A DNA stretch of 29,791 bases from a virus (IMGVR_UViG_3300006046_000017:1-29791); one strand, 5' to 3'. Positions 1 through 10,197 are shown, numbered from the stretch's first letter. Notes: generated from the sequence alone by a model not told the origin. Made by a program: numbers and translations.

Positions 1-98
1 CAGTCCGGGTCCGGATACATGCGTAGCAGTCCATCGAGACCGTGGAGTACGTCGTCCCACACCTCACGGTGATCCGCGACGTGATAACGGGCCGGCAT
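1..98 (-). CDS. partial virion-operon protein (runs off the window edge)
   Basis: ATG at 98, 10 nt after the stop of the 109..2052 gene; open to the edge (MPARYHVADHREVWDDVLHGLDGLLRMYPDPD). Confidence 0.5.
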   Translation of the reverse strand, partial: MPARYHVADHREVWDDVLHGLDGLLRMYPDPD

Positions 99-108
99 GG
101 GCACGCGT

Positions 109-2052
109 TCAGTCTGCGGTGCTGTCGGTGTAATGCAGGGCTGCATTGCCGATCCTCGCGGGTCCGATGAAGGTGGAGCGCAACTCCAACGAGAGCGCTG
201 GCGATTCGCCGTTTACTGCGATCTTCTGCTGTGCGTAGGTGCTCTTGGTGATGGTGGCTAACAAGTCGAGCGCGGCGGGCTGCGTCGGATCGAACGAGCC
301 ATACACTGTCCATGTGCCGGCGGCCGCCGCATCGAAGCCGGTCCAGTTCTTCGAGGTCGCGGGCTTCCCGGCATCGATGTACGGAATGCGCGCGAGAGCT
401 TCGCTATCGTCGTACTCGTCGCCATCCTCGTTGCCGTAGATCACGACATCGTTGCCGCTGCGCCAGTACACGCTGTCATCCGATGAGACCATGTAGTCCA
501 CCGGCAAGTCAGTCGCGTCGTACCACGTCCAGGCTGCGATGCGACTCGACGGGTAGTAATTGAGCACGAATATCTTGTCGTAGAGCGCCATCCACAGACG
601 GCCGCTACGCGGCTCAACGATGCCCCAGACGTTGTATATCTTCTGGGCGTTGGTGAGCGTCGCGATCTGCTGCCGCACGAGGTCATCGATCAGGTTGCCG
701 AGGTCTGCGGAAAACGCCTGCTCGGATGAGTCGCGGGCGCGCAGTGAGCGGATGCCGCTGATGTCGAGATACATGACATCTGTCACGCCCCACGGCACGA
801 CGCTGTGCGGCGCAAAGGTGCCGGTGCCGTGGATCGTCTGCCGCTTTTTGTCGCCGCTCGGTACGACATCGATGATGTAAACAAAAATGTGTCGCGTGCC
901 GAATATCGCAAGGTCGCCGCCGTAGTCGGCCATGGAAACGAGTGTGGGCTTGCGGCTCGTAACCATCGATAGATCGATGAACCCGGCGTTTGCGTCCGTG
1001 TTCGTCCAGTTCGAGGGGTCGAGCGGAGCTGAATAATTGAGCTTCGTGTTTTGCAGCGCGAACATCCGGTAGTTGTGCGCGATGGCGAAGTAGCCCTTTT
1101 CAATTGGCGCCCCCGGCGTATCGGCAGCCGGCGTCGGAGCCGAAAACATGGTTGGTGGCGTCGTCGTTCCACCGGAGAGAACTCCAACGCCGCTCGGTTG
1201 CACGAGGGACGGGCCGCTTGTGTGTATCAGGACCTTCCAGCCGTTGTAGGTCGGGCCGGGCGCCTCTACCCACAACGTCAGCGATGCGTCGGCGGTCGCC
1301 TGCAACTGACAGCGCAGCACGACCGGCGGCATACCTGGGCCGGGCGTAAAGATGTAGTCGTTGATTGCCGCCATGCACGCCAACGCGATGTCGCGCGCCT
1401 GCGTCGGGGCGGTGACTACTTCGTCGGAGACCGGCCAAGTGCCCTCCGTCCCACTCTGCGGAAGCATGAGAAACGCGTCGGTTCCCCAGGTGTATGTACT
1501 CGCGGGCGCGACTAGATAGACCCCAGTGATGGTGACATCTGCGTGTGAGTCTGTGTTGATGAGCTGAAACCACATCATCGTCTGCGGGTTGGTGCCCGGC
1601 GTGCTCGTGGGCGGCGTGCCGCCGCCGGGAGTCGGGGGCAGCGGCGGAATTACCAGCAGGTCCCCGCCCCACCAATGCAGAATGTCGTTATCCTCGTACT
1701 GCGCGATGACGTACAAGTTGCTGTTGAACTCCTCGACGCTGAGGATGTGAGTCAACGGCGATCCGTCAGGATCAGGGACACCGTGATAGACAACACCGGC
1801 CGGCAAGCCCGCAGGGGGCGTGGCGGTTGGCGCGTCGCCCCAGGTGTGGATCACTCGCCCTTCAGTTACCCACAAGCCAACGGTGCTCGCGGGTAACGTG
1901 ATCGTAACGACGAACGCGGCCCGCTTCTCGAGTTCGCCGCCAAGCGTGATGTGGCAATCGCGCGCCTCTAACAACGTGCCGGGCTCGGTCGTGTCGATGA
2001 GCTTGCGGGTGTCGATCCCGCGCTCGAATGACTTGACGACGGTGTAGGGCAT
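109..2052 (-). CDS. podovirus tail tubular B / nozzle-like (DNA stabilisation) protein
   Basis: 647 aa; N-terminal FERGID...LEKR, beta-propeller-like middle (HNYRMF, LNYSAPLDPSNW, GTFAPHSVV, AAWTWYD); follows an adaptor-like gene. Confidence 0.7.
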   Translation of the reverse strand: MPYTVVKSFERGIDTRKLIDTTEPGTLLEARDCHITLGGELEKRAAFVVTITLPASTVGLWVTEGRVIHTWGDAPTATPPAGLPAGVVYHGVPDPDGSPLTHILSVEEFNSNLYVIAQYEDNDILHWWGGDLLVIPPLPPTPGGGTPPTSTPGTNPQTMMWFQLINTDSHADVTITGVYLVAPASTYTWGTDAFLMLPQSGTEGTWPVSDEVVTAPTQARDIALACMAAINDYIFTPGPGMPPVVLRCQLQATADASLTLWVEAPGPTYNGWKVLIHTSGPSLVQPSGVGVLSGGTTTPPTMFSAPTPAADTPGAPIEKGYFAIAHNYRMFALQNTKLNYSAPLDPSNWTNTDANAGFIDLSMVTSRKPTLVSMADYGGDLAIFGTRHIFVYIIDVVPSGDKKRQTIHGTGTFAPHSVVPWGVTDVMYLDISGIRSLRARDSSEQAFSADLGNLIDDLVRQQIATLTNAQKIYNVWGIVEPRSGRLWMALYDKIFVLNYYPSSRIAAWTWYDATDLPVDYMVSSDDSVYWRSGNDVVIYGNEDGDEYDDSEALARIPYIDAGKPATSKNWTGFDAAAAGTWTVYGSFDPTQPAALDLLATITKSTYAQQKIAVNGESPALSLELRSTFIGPARIGNAALHYTDSTAD

Positions 2053-2814
2053 CTATGGTCCCAAGGACCACGGCACCGGGCGTGCAAATACCTCTGGCTG
2101 TCGGTCTGCCTTCTCCGCATCTCCGCCCAAGTTGAAGGTGCGGTTTTTCTCCTGATTTCCGCGGAGTTTCATGTACAGGGTAGTGCCGGCCTGTAGTTTG
2201 GCCTGTGCGTCGTCCTTACGGTCGCGCATGAGCACTTCTGCCGCCGCGAACAACACAATCAGATCCCCGTCGAGGTCGCAGCGGTCGGCGTCGCCGTTGA
2301 ACGGACGCAGGAAGCGGATGCCGGTGAAACGCATCCAGCCCTCATCGTCGCTGCCTGGAGCTGGCGCGGTGCCGCTGGCGGATGGCAGCGGCCATACTTC
2401 AATCATGCCGCGATTGTCGGGCGTGCCTGCGGTGTCGGCCGGGTCCTCGGCGATGTCCCAGCGCTCGATGGGCCATGATCGTTCATCGACGCGCGGATCG
2501 TAGATGCTGTACTGCCGTTCATCGATGCCGAAAGTTAGCGGCAACCAACGCCCGCCGAATTTCACTTCGGCCGCGTCGATGCGCTCGTAGGGAAGATCGG
2601 TCGGGCAGTTGTAGTAGCGCTGTCCCGAGTTCACCTGCATGTCACGCGAGACGCGCATGTGCATCCAGTCCCAATCGCCCCACAGCCGGCGCTGCGTGCG
2701 TTTCAGGACTTGCACGAGAGAATCCCGATTGTTGATGCCGTGAGCGGCGTTCTGGCTGTAACCGCACTCCGCTTTCAGGTCGCTCAACAACTCGCCGAGC
2801 GTTTGACCACGCAT
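2053..2814 (-). CDS. head-tail adaptor / tail tubular A-like protein
   Basis: 253 aa; TLGELL start, WDW, GQRYYNCPTDL, DGDLIVLFAAAE; lies between capsid and nozzle genes. Confidence 0.65.
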   Translation of the reverse strand: MRGQTLGELLSDLKAECGYSQNAAHGINNRDSLVQVLKRTQRRLWGDWDWMHMRVSRDMQVNSGQRYYNCPTDLPYERIDAAEVKFGGRWLPLTFGIDERQYSIYDPRVDERSWPIERWDIAEDPADTAGTPDNRGMIEVWPLPSASGTAPAPGSDDEGWMRFTGIRFLRPFNGDADRCDLDGDLIVLFAAAEVLMRDRKDDAQAKLQAGTTLYMKLRGNQEKNRTFNLGGDAEKADRQPEVFARPVPWSLGP

Positions 2815-2818
2815 CGCG

Positions 2819-3160
2819 TCACGCTGACTTCGCGCTGACGGTGTAGGGCCTCGATGCCTCAGCCGGCTTCAGCAGCACTGGGTTGATGCCAAGCACGTCG
2901 ATCCGTGAGGGGAACGCCGGGCCGGGGAAGTCGCGCCATATGTTCTGGATGCGTTCGCTGTGCAGCGGATACAACTCCTTCAAGCGCGTGATTTCCTCGT
3001 GAGGCTCGCGCTTCACATCGCCTGTCGGCTCGATCTGGAGAACGGCGTCCGCGCCGTGAAGTGACTGCAAGAGCAGCACTTCGGCCGGGGAGAGGTCCAT
3101 TTTCCAAACCATGTTGTTGCGGTCGCCCGTGAGCGCCACCATTGCGTTAAGTGTCTGCAT
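2819..3160 (-). CDS. hypothetical virion-module protein
   Basis: 113 aa, purine-rich RBS (GAGGGAAGAG), directly after capsid gene. Confidence 0.7.
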   Translation of the reverse strand: MQTLNAMVALTGDRNNMVWKMDLSPAEVLLLQSLHGADAVLQIEPTGDVKREPHEEITRLKELYPLHSERIQNIWRDFPGPAFPSRIDVLGINPVLLKPAEASRPYTVSAKSA

Positions 3161-3177
3161 AGCTCTTCCCTCGCGTT

Positions 3178-3207
3178 AAGAAGCGGGGCGGCACGCCGCC
3201 GCCCCGC
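3178..3207 (-). terminator. weak intrinsic terminator / stabilising hairpin after the capsid gene
   Basis: 10-bp stem GCGGGGCGGC/GCCGCCCCGC with 5-nt loop, followed by TTCTT on the - strand. Confidence 0.55.
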
Positions 3208-3215
3208 GTGCTGCT

Positions 3216-4274
3216 TCAAGTAACTTGAAACAGGGCGTGACAGTTGAGCTGATCGGCGCAGAGCTGCGCGGTGTACGTGCGCGCCTTGAACAGCGCGTAG
3301 ACATCGTGCGGTCGAGCTGGCGCGTGGTCCTTACCCCACTCCTGTTCCATCGCGTAGATGTACAGATGCTTGGGATCGATCACGTAGCAGCTATTCACGA
3401 ACGCGCCGCCCAGGTCATCCAGTGACGGGTCGTACTGGAAAATCAGGTCGTTGTAGCGGATGTCCGCCACCGCGATGTCCGTGCTCGACGGGCGACTCCA
3501 GCCCGCATCGGTGTAGTAGCCCTTGTCACGGAGCTGCTTCACCAACGCATCGAGGAAGCCCGAGCCTGCGAGCGCCTTGGTCGGCTTGCCGCCGTAACGG
3601 CGAAGCTGGCGCATTTCAGAATGGATCGTGTTCGGCAGTTCGGTCGTCGCAACGGGCCACGTCGCAAAACGATTTCTCCACCACGTATTCGTGCCGCGAT
3701 CCAAACCACCCGTAACACCGACATTCGGCGTCGCGGTGATGAAGTAACGCGCACCGATAAAGCCGAGCGGATCGGCCGTGCCGTCACCCCAGAACATCGT
3801 GTTGAGCGACTTCATGGTGATTTCACCGAAGGTCTCAACCTTGTCCTGCATGATGTTGCTGATCGCCGTCAGCTCACGCTTGCTGTGCTTGCTGGTGTTG
3901 TCACCGAACGCCGAATCAGTGACGGAGATGCCGTCGATCTTCAGTTCGGTAAACGTGCAGTTCCAGCCGGTGTGAACTTCGCGCCACGGATACTTCACGC
4001 GCTCGATGCCGGCGATGTTGCCGTACGCAACCGCGTCGTCATGTGTGAAGCCACGCAGCGAACCTGTGGGCGGGGTGGCCGCGCCCTCGAAGTTGTACTT
4101 GCCCTTGACCGGGATAGTGATGTCGCCCTTGCCGCCGGGGAACGTCTTGCGCGCCCCTTCAAGCAGTGCCAGGAGCGGTTTGTCCTGGATGCTCTGGGGC
4201 AACGGCTGCCCCTTGAAATGAAAGTCGAGAGCGGCGTTCGCAATTGACGCCAGCTCCGATGCAGTAAAAGCCAT
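3216..4274 (-). CDS. major capsid protein
   Basis: 352 aa after portal and scaffold; GGAGG RBS; FWGDGT and GGLDR..TWWRN motifs seen in podovirus capsids. Confidence 0.85.
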   Translation of the reverse strand: MAFTASELASIANAALDFHFKGQPLPQSIQDKPLLALLEGARKTFPGGKGDITIPVKGKYNFEGAATPPTGSLRGFTHDDAVAYGNIAGIERVKYPWREVHTGWNCTFTELKIDGISVTDSAFGDNTSKHSKRELTAISNIMQDKVETFGEITMKSLNTMFWGDGTADPLGFIGARYFITATPNVGVTGGLDRGTNTWWRNRFATWPVATTELPNTIHSEMRQLRRYGGKPTKALAGSGFLDALVKQLRDKGYYTDAGWSRPSSTDIAVADIRYNDLIFQYDPSLDDLGGAFVNSCYVIDPKHLYIYAMEQEWGKDHAPARPHDVYALFKARTYTAQLCADQLNCHALFQVT

Positions 4275-4308
4275 GTGTGCAGCCTCCGAGAGAGGCCGGT
4301 GGGATCAG

Positions 4309-5364
4309 CTAACGTGCGAGTGCGTTTTCAATTGCTTCTCGCATCGATTTGGGCTGCGCCTCGGCCGGCTTGTTGAGTCGTCGGCCGACCGTTGGGCTAG
4401 CTAGTGAGCGAGGCTGCGGTTTGAACGCGGAGAGTCGCTTGGTCACGGTGTCATAGGCGTTCTTCGCCATCGACCGTGCGTCTGCAACTGTTCCGGGTAC
4501 GCCATGCTTCGAGACCAACGCCGTCAACGCATCGACCACCATGTCGTGCTTTTCCGGCGTGTAGTCGGGGTCGTGGGCTTTCAGCTCTGCCTGATACGCG
4601 TTGACTGAATCGTGAATTTCGCGCGTCCGCTGCGTGGCGTTGGAGTGGGCGGTCTCGGCGACATCCGCCTCATGGCGGCTGCGATCAAGGGTGCTGCTCG
4701 CGCGGAGCTGAGACACCTCTTTCGCGGTGGCTTCATCCAGAACGCCGTCATCGACTTTCTGTTTCAGATCGTCGGGCAGGGTGTGCCCGATCTTCTGCTG
4801 CCACATTGCGGTGAACTCTTGGAGTTGTTCGACCGCTGTCTTCGGATCGCTCGCGAGCAAACGAGGCCACGCGAAGAGCTGCGCCATCTCTTGTTGGGAG
4901 ATGCCCATTCTCTGCGCGTCCCGCCCAATGGCACCCATGGTGGATTCCATTTCGCGGAAACGCTCGTTGGCTCCCTTCAGGGACTTGTTCTCTTCCAAGA
5001 CGGCGCGGAAGCGCTCGATCTTGTTCAAGGGAACGTCGCCCTTCAGTTTGTCCAGCGCCGCGAGCAACGAATCGTCACTCACGTCGTCTTTCGTATCTGG
5101 TTTCGCGTCAGCACTCGGCTCTGACTTATCGCCTTCGGCGGTGGACGGTTCCGCTTTGGACTTGAGGTCTACCGGCTCGTCTTCGTCTTCGATGTTTTTG
5201 ACATCGAGGGCGCCTTTGACGGCATCCAGTAGGGTCTTCTTGTCCTCGTCCTTCGCAGGTGACGACTCTGCGGGCGCTTGCGCGTTTGCGTCGGGGGCTG
5301 GTTCGCTGCCGGGTGACGACACCGGCGCCGGGGGTTCTGTCGAAAGTGCCTCGTCAGGTGCCAC
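4309..5364 (-). CDS. capsid scaffolding protein
   Basis: acidic Pro/Ala-rich N-terminus, coiled-coil middle, C-terminal PKSMREAIENAL; between portal and capsid. Confidence 0.7.
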   Translation of the reverse strand: MAPDEALSTEPPAPVSSPGSEPAPDANAQAPAESSPAKDEDKKTLLDAVKGALDVKNIEDEDEPVDLKSKAEPSTAEGDKSEPSADAKPDTKDDVSDDSLLAALDKLKGDVPLNKIERFRAVLEENKSLKGANERFREMESTMGAIGRDAQRMGISQQEMAQLFAWPRLLASDPKTAVEQLQEFTAMWQQKIGHTLPDDLKQKVDDGVLDEATAKEVSQLRASSTLDRSRHEADVAETAHSNATQRTREIHDSVNAYQAELKAHDPDYTPEKHDMVVDALTALVSKHGVPGTVADARSMAKNAYDTVTKRLSAFKPQPRSLASPTVGRRLNKPAEAQPKSMREAIENALAR

Positions 5365-5394
5365 AGCTACGTCTCATGAGAGCGAACGCGCTGG

Positions 5395-5435
5395 AATATA
5401 CGACAGCGCGCCTACCGTGGTCTATAGACCACGGT
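5395..5435 (-). promoter_or_regulatory. putative late promoter overlapped by a perfect 22-bp palindrome
   Basis: ACCGTGGTCTATAGACCACGGT at 5414-5435; on - strand TAGACC-N18-TATATT upstream of the scaffold gene. Confidence 0.6.
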
Positions 5436-5442
5436 CGGTTGC

Positions 5443-7515
5443 TCACGCGTAGCCGGCGGGAAGCGACACGAGTGGCGGGCGTCCTGGCCCACCTTGGCCG
5501 GGCAAAGCGGGGCCAGTTCCCTGCGGTTGCGTCATCGGAAGCTCGGCGTTCTGCGCGCCTTCATCTCCTTGAGCTGCCGGGTCTTCTTCACCCGTTCCGC
5601 CCGGCTGCGGGGGTGGCGCGGCGTTCATCATCTGAATCGAAGGGATGTTCGCGGTAAACGCTTCGGTCAGGTCGATGCTGTCGTCGATGGCCTCGATCAA
5701 TTTCTGTCCCAGCCATTGCGGGTTGACGCCTGGAATCTGCATCAGGAACGGCACCAACTGCTGTAGTGCCTGCTGGCGCTGAATCTTGTTCGGGCGGCCG
5801 TTGGAGCCTGCGACGATCTCCAAATACATTTCGGCCTGAATCTGCTGGCGGTTCATCTGCGGCCAGACGGAGCCGGGGCCTGCAATCTCTGTCACGGTCT
5901 GCGGGTCCAATTCCGCCAACATGATCTGACTCGCATCGCGCGCGAGGATCGACAGGAAGTCGTTCAAAAGGTCGGCCTCCGCTTCAAGTGCGGCGGTGCG
6001 CGCCTGCTCGGCGGTGGCGACGGCCGTCGCCGTGTCGCCGGAGCTGCCACCAAAGGAGGGCTCGGCCATGCCGACCGTTTTGTACACGTCGTCCATGATG
6101 GTCTGCGACTCGTACAGGTTCGGGTCAACCCCGATCTTCGGCAGCGGCTGGATCAGGTCTAGCACCTTGTTGCCCGGCATCATGCCGTCGAGTTCAACTA
6201 CCGCGTTGGCCTCGGCGCCGGTGAGCGCGGACTTGTCGCCATCCGACAGCGCGCCCTTCGGCGTCACGTAGCCGGGTCGATTCGCCTTGCGATGTTCGCG
6301 CAGCGCTTCCTTCTGCCGGTTCAGCTCCATCTGCTGCGGCGTCATGTTGTTCACATCGGAGGGCGGGAACAGTTTCGTCGGGTGTTCCAGCTCGTTGAAA
6401 CACAGCGCGTAAATCGGGAAGAACCGCTCGACGGTAACCTCGGGGCCTTCCGGGTCCTTCAGGAAGTCCTTGTACCCGTCGCACATTTCAAACTTCAGGC
6501 CCGTGGGCTTGTGGTACATCATCCAGACGCAGCACAGGTCGTTGTGCGTGCCGGAAATGTCCGCGCGTGGGTTCTGGCGATACTCAACGCCATTGGTGGA
6601 GTAGGCCGCGTAATTTGCGCCGCCGGCCGGCGTCGCCACACCGCACAGGTCGAGCTTGTAGAACTCCTTCACCTCATCGGGCGTCATGAACAGCTCTTCG
6701 GTCAACCAGTCGGCGCCGATCCAGCCATCGAGCGCGATGCACTTCCTGTCCGGGATCACGGCGGTCGGGCGCGGGAAGTCGAACACCAGGCCCTCGCGAA
6801 TAATGACCGTGGCTTCCTTGCGCAGTTGTTCGACGGCAAGGCGCAGCTCTTCGGTCTCCGCGTCGTATGTGGTCTTGTCACCGTCCGGGCCAACTTCATC
6901 CATCAAGCGCTGAATGTGCGCGAGGCGCTGCTGGCTGTCGGCGATCTTCGCCTTGTTGTCAGGGGATAAGTCGGTCTCACGCTGAAACCCCAACTTGACG
7001 TACCCGACAGCGGTCTGCACGGCGGAGCGCACGCAGCGCTTCATCTGCGATTTGAACGATGGAATCTGTTCATCGATGTAGTAGTGAAAGCAGCACTCCA
7101 GCGTCTTGCCGAGCTTCTTGTACATCTCCTCTTCGGCCTTGCCCTGCTGCACGTCCTGCATGATCGCCATGGCCTGCATGGGGTCGGGCTGACCCTGCGC
7201 GGCCATCTGCAATTGCTGCATCGTGCCGTCCCAGAACTTGTATTTCATGCGCGGGCGGCACTTGGCGAGCGCGCGCGGGTTCTTCGCGTACAGGCTCGCG
7301 ACCTTCTGGCGTACGAATCGCTGCGTGATGTTCACGCGGTAGTTGGTCTTCGGCCATGAGCGTGCCGCGCCCGTCCATGCAACCTCCATGTCATCGAGCA
7401 TCTGCTTGAACGCGGGGGAGAAGTGCTTTTTGTCAGAGCGTACTTCCTCCTGCATTTCGAGCACGAGGGCGGCGCGCGCTTCAGGTACATCGATGTCGTA
7501 ACCCTTGATAATCAT
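5443..7515 (-). CDS. portal protein
   Basis: ~690 aa from ATG 7515 overlapping the terminase stop (TGATG); VNIT...LYAKNP, GYVKLGF, TATAV and Gln/Pro-rich tail; directly after terL. Confidence 0.85.
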   Translation of the reverse strand: MIIKGYDIDVPEARAALVLEMQEEVRSDKKHFSPAFKQMLDDMEVAWTGAARSWPKTNYRVNITQRFVRQKVASLYAKNPRALAKCRPRMKYKFWDGTMQQLQMAAQGQPDPMQAMAIMQDVQQGKAEEEMYKKLGKTLECCFHYYIDEQIPSFKSQMKRCVRSAVQTAVGYVKLGFQRETDLSPDNKAKIADSQQRLAHIQRLMDEVGPDGDKTTYDAETEELRLAVEQLRKEATVIIREGLVFDFPRPTAVIPDRKCIALDGWIGADWLTEELFMTPDEVKEFYKLDLCGVATPAGGANYAAYSTNGVEYRQNPRADISGTHNDLCCVWMMYHKPTGLKFEMCDGYKDFLKDPEGPEVTVERFFPIYALCFNELEHPTKLFPPSDVNNMTPQQMELNRQKEALREHRKANRPGYVTPKGALSDGDKSALTGAEANAVVELDGMMPGNKVLDLIQPLPKIGVDPNLYESQTIMDDVYKTVGMAEPSFGGSSGDTATAVATAEQARTAALEAEADLLNDFLSILARDASQIMLAELDPQTVTEIAGPGSVWPQMNRQQIQAEMYLEIVAGSNGRPNKIQRQQALQQLVPFLMQIPGVNPQWLGQKLIEAIDDSIDLTEAFTANIPSIQMMNAAPPPQPGGTGEEDPAAQGDEGAQNAELPMTQPQGTGPALPGQGGPGRPPLVSLPAGYA

Positions 7516-9215
7516 CACCACACCTCCGCGAGCTGCGGCGCGTCGCGTAACTTGCTCTGATATTCCATTTCTTTTTTCCACCAGCCGTACGTGCCCTGAG
7601 TCGGCGAGGTCACGTCGCGCTGCGGCGTGCCTGCGATGAGCTGCAACACCTTCAGGCCCATGAGTGAAATCGCGCTCACAAAGTCATCGTTGGTGCCGTG
7701 CGGGAAGTGCATCAGCTCGTGTTTAGCTTCCGGGAACCACGGGGCGGCCCGTGGAAACACCACGCGCCCGGCTTGCATGAGGCCCGCGATGCTTTGCGCG
7801 ATGGCCTCTTTGTTTTTGTGGACCGGGATCGAATCGATCACGACGGGGAGGCCGCGCTCGATCTTTCGTTTGTGAATCCACGGGCCAATGGACTTGAGGA
7901 TCGCCTCGTTCTCGGCGAACCAGAACGACGGTTTCCAGAGCTGCACCATGTCGAGCATGGCTTCGACGGTTTGGTCGGGGGGTCTGCGATCCCAGTAACA
8001 GTCTAATAACCACAGGTACTTGTTAGGACAGACCCCCGCGATGAGCATCACCGACGCGTCGTGCTTCTTGCGGTCGGTGCCAATGGCGTGATCGGACGCG
8101 GCGTAAATCCGCATCTCTTCGGCTTTCGGGCGATTCGTGACCATGTAGGTCTTCATCCACGCGGCGCGGAAGAACGATCCTTCTTCGGGCGATGGCCGCT
8201 GCTGATACAGCGCCATGAAGCCGGTGGGATCGATGCGCTTCTGCGCTTCGAGCATCGGCAGCGGGAAGCGCTCCGGCCACAGCGCCTCGCCGGGCCGGCG
8301 CTTCATCGGGTCATTGAGTTCGGCGATGGCGGGCAGGTTCAGCACCTTCCACTTCGACGCCTCGTCTTTGTTGTACGCCGGGTTGTGCGGATCGGTGAGA
8401 CGACCCACGATGTCGTCCTCGTTCCAGCGCGTCATCACCAGCACCACGCAGGAGCCCGCGCGCATCTGGCGAGTGAGGAACACCTTCACAAACCATTGCC
8501 ATATTTTCTCGCGGATCGTGGGCGAGTCGGCTTCCTCGGCGTCCTTTATCAAATCGTCGGCGATCAGTAGATGGCCGCCGCGTCCGGTGGATGAACTGCC
8601 GCGACCGACGAATGAGAGCTGCCCGTTTTGCGCGGTCTTGATTCGGTCGGAGCCCTGCGCGCCGGTCTTCAGCTTGCAGAGCGGGAAAATGTCTTGGTGG
8701 CGCGGATGGCGCAGCACATCGCGCACGTCGCGGCCGATGTCCCCGGCGTAGTCATCGTTGTAGGTGGCGATGATCGTTGAACGGTACGGGTCGCGGCCGG
8801 TGAACCACGCCGGAAAGAACTTGCTGATCTGCTGCGTCTTGCCGTGCCTGGGCGGCATGGTGACGATCAACCTGGGCCACACGCCCTTGTCCACCTGTTC
8901 GAGCGCGGCGGCGAGAATCTTGTGATGTTTCGCGACCTCGTACATGGACTGCGACAGGTCGTCCGGGTCATCTGGCGATGGCATGAGCAGCCGGCAGTAC
9001 AGAAGAAAATCGTCGCGCGCTTCCTTGAATACCTTCAGCCGCTCCATCGCCTCCAGTCGCGTGCGAAGGGACTCGATGGCTTCGGTCTCCTCGGCGTCGT
9101 CGAGGCCGATCCCCTCCCTCCGCGTGCCGGGAGCTTGCCGCGAGGCGTGCAGGTCCGGCGCGCTTTCTCCCTCGCGGGAGCTGGAGGAAGGGGTCGGCGT
9201 TTTCTTTTTTCTCAT
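7515..9215 (-). CDS. terL: terminase large subunit
   Basis: Walker A MPPRHGKT, TGRGGHLLIADD (Walker B), MTRW coupling motif, ALYQQRP, nuclease ASD...D and FPHGTNDDFVSA; ATG 9215 coupled to upstream stop. Confidence 0.95.
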   Translation of the reverse strand: MRKKKTPTPSSSSREGESAPDLHASRQAPGTRREGIGLDDAEETEAIESLRTRLEAMERLKVFKEARDDFLLYCRLLMPSPDDPDDLSQSMYEVAKHHKILAAALEQVDKGVWPRLIVTMPPRHGKTQQISKFFPAWFTGRDPYRSTIIATYNDDYAGDIGRDVRDVLRHPRHQDIFPLCKLKTGAQGSDRIKTAQNGQLSFVGRGSSSTGRGGHLLIADDLIKDAEEADSPTIREKIWQWFVKVFLTRQMRAGSCVVLVMTRWNEDDIVGRLTDPHNPAYNKDEASKWKVLNLPAIAELNDPMKRRPGEALWPERFPLPMLEAQKRIDPTGFMALYQQRPSPEEGSFFRAAWMKTYMVTNRPKAEEMRIYAASDHAIGTDRKKHDASVMLIAGVCPNKYLWLLDCYWDRRPPDQTVEAMLDMVQLWKPSFWFAENEAILKSIGPWIHKRKIERGLPVVIDSIPVHKNKEAIAQSIAGLMQAGRVVFPRAAPWFPEAKHELMHFPHGTNDDFVSAISLMGLKVLQLIAGTPQRDVTSPTQGTYGWWKKEMEYQSKLRDAPQLAEVW

Positions 9216-9379
9216 GGCGGCGTTACTGGCTTTCGGCAAGCGTCGCGGCAGCTCGCAAAAATGCACACCACGAGCACGGTGGGAACGTCGCGCTTTTCAT
9301 TCGCGTCGGTGCGAGTGGGCACGCGCTGCAACGCGCAACCACTCATCAGGAAAGCGACGAGAAGCGCGACGATTTTCAT
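9212..9379 (-). CDS. small predicted lipoprotein, 55 aa (not in ORF track)
   Basis: MKIVALLVAFLMSG-CALQ: basic, hydrophobic, lipobox-like signal; ATGA overlaps at both ends. Confidence 0.7.
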   Translation of the reverse strand: MKIVALLVAFLMSGCALQRVPTRTDANEKRDVPTVLVVCIFASCRDACRKPVTPP

Positions 9380-9609
9380 CGCTCGTCCGCCTTCACTTCC
9401 GGCGTCTGCGCGACCGGGGCGGGCGGCGGCGCCAGGACGACCTGCCCGCTGGCAATCGCCTGCAACATGCCAACGGCCATGTCATAGGCCTGCCGCTGCG
9501 CGTGCGTGTGTGTCACGTGCTCCAGAAACTGCAACGCGAATACGGCCGCGTCGCGTGGGTTCACGTTCATGGTCGGCGGTCCTGCCGCCCCGTTTGTTTG
9601 TCCGTTCAT
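9376..9609 (-). CDS. hypothetical protein
   Basis: 77 aa, GAGG RBS, packed within the operon. Confidence 0.65.
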   Translation of the reverse strand: MNGQTNGAAGPPTMNVNPRDAAVFALQFLEHVTHTHAQRQAYDMAVGMLQAIASGQVVLAPPPAPVAQTPEVKADER

Positions 9610-9624
9610 AAATGCCTCGCGTAG

Positions 9625-10197
9625 TTAGTGGACTTGGAGACTGATCGTTGCGCTGCTCTGCACGATGCCCGTGGAATCGAGCCTGATTTCCACGAGGAAG
9701 CCCGAGAAGTTCAGGCTGACGCCGGAGATGCTCCATTCGCGGTTGGTGCCCAAATTGAGCCACACGTTGTTGCCCGCGCCGCCGGGCGATGTACCGCTCT
9801 GCGGTGTCACGCGCGCGGAATACAAACTCATGTTGACCTTGGGCGAAATCCAGTCGCCCCGGTCGATCACTGACGAGGTGCCGTTATTCGCGAAGATGTC
9901 GCCACCGCTTGTTAGGCGGTAGAGCGCGGTCACCGTGCCTGCGTCTGAATTCGCAGCCGACAGGTTGCTGATGCTGACCGCACCTGAGGCGATGTCCCTG
10001 AAGAGCGTCGCCAAGTCGTTGGCACCTGACTTGAACCCGGTGTTTGCAATCGCAGTAATTGCGCCGCGTGGCTCGAAGCGCTGCGCGAGGTCCACGCCGC
10101 CGTTGCTCAAAAAGCCGACGTTGGCGATAGCGGTGCTGGTACGCGGCATGAAGAGCGCGTCGAGGTCGCCGGCCGGCGCGATGTAGCCGGTTGTCAT
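9625..10197 (-). CDS. tail-fibre-associated protein
   Basis: ATG 10197 overlaps the fibre stop (ATGA); three DLxxxF units at N-terminus, beta-rich C-terminus. Confidence 0.65.
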   Translation of the reverse strand: MTTGYIAPAGDLDALFMPRTSTAIANVGFLSNGGVDLAQRFEPRGAITAIANTGFKSGANDLATLFRDIASGAVSISNLSAANSDAGTVTALYRLTSGGDIFANNGTSSVIDRGDWISPKVNMSLYSARVTPQSGTSPGGAGNNVWLNLGTNREWSISGVSLNFSGFLVEIRLDSTGIVQSSATISLQVH

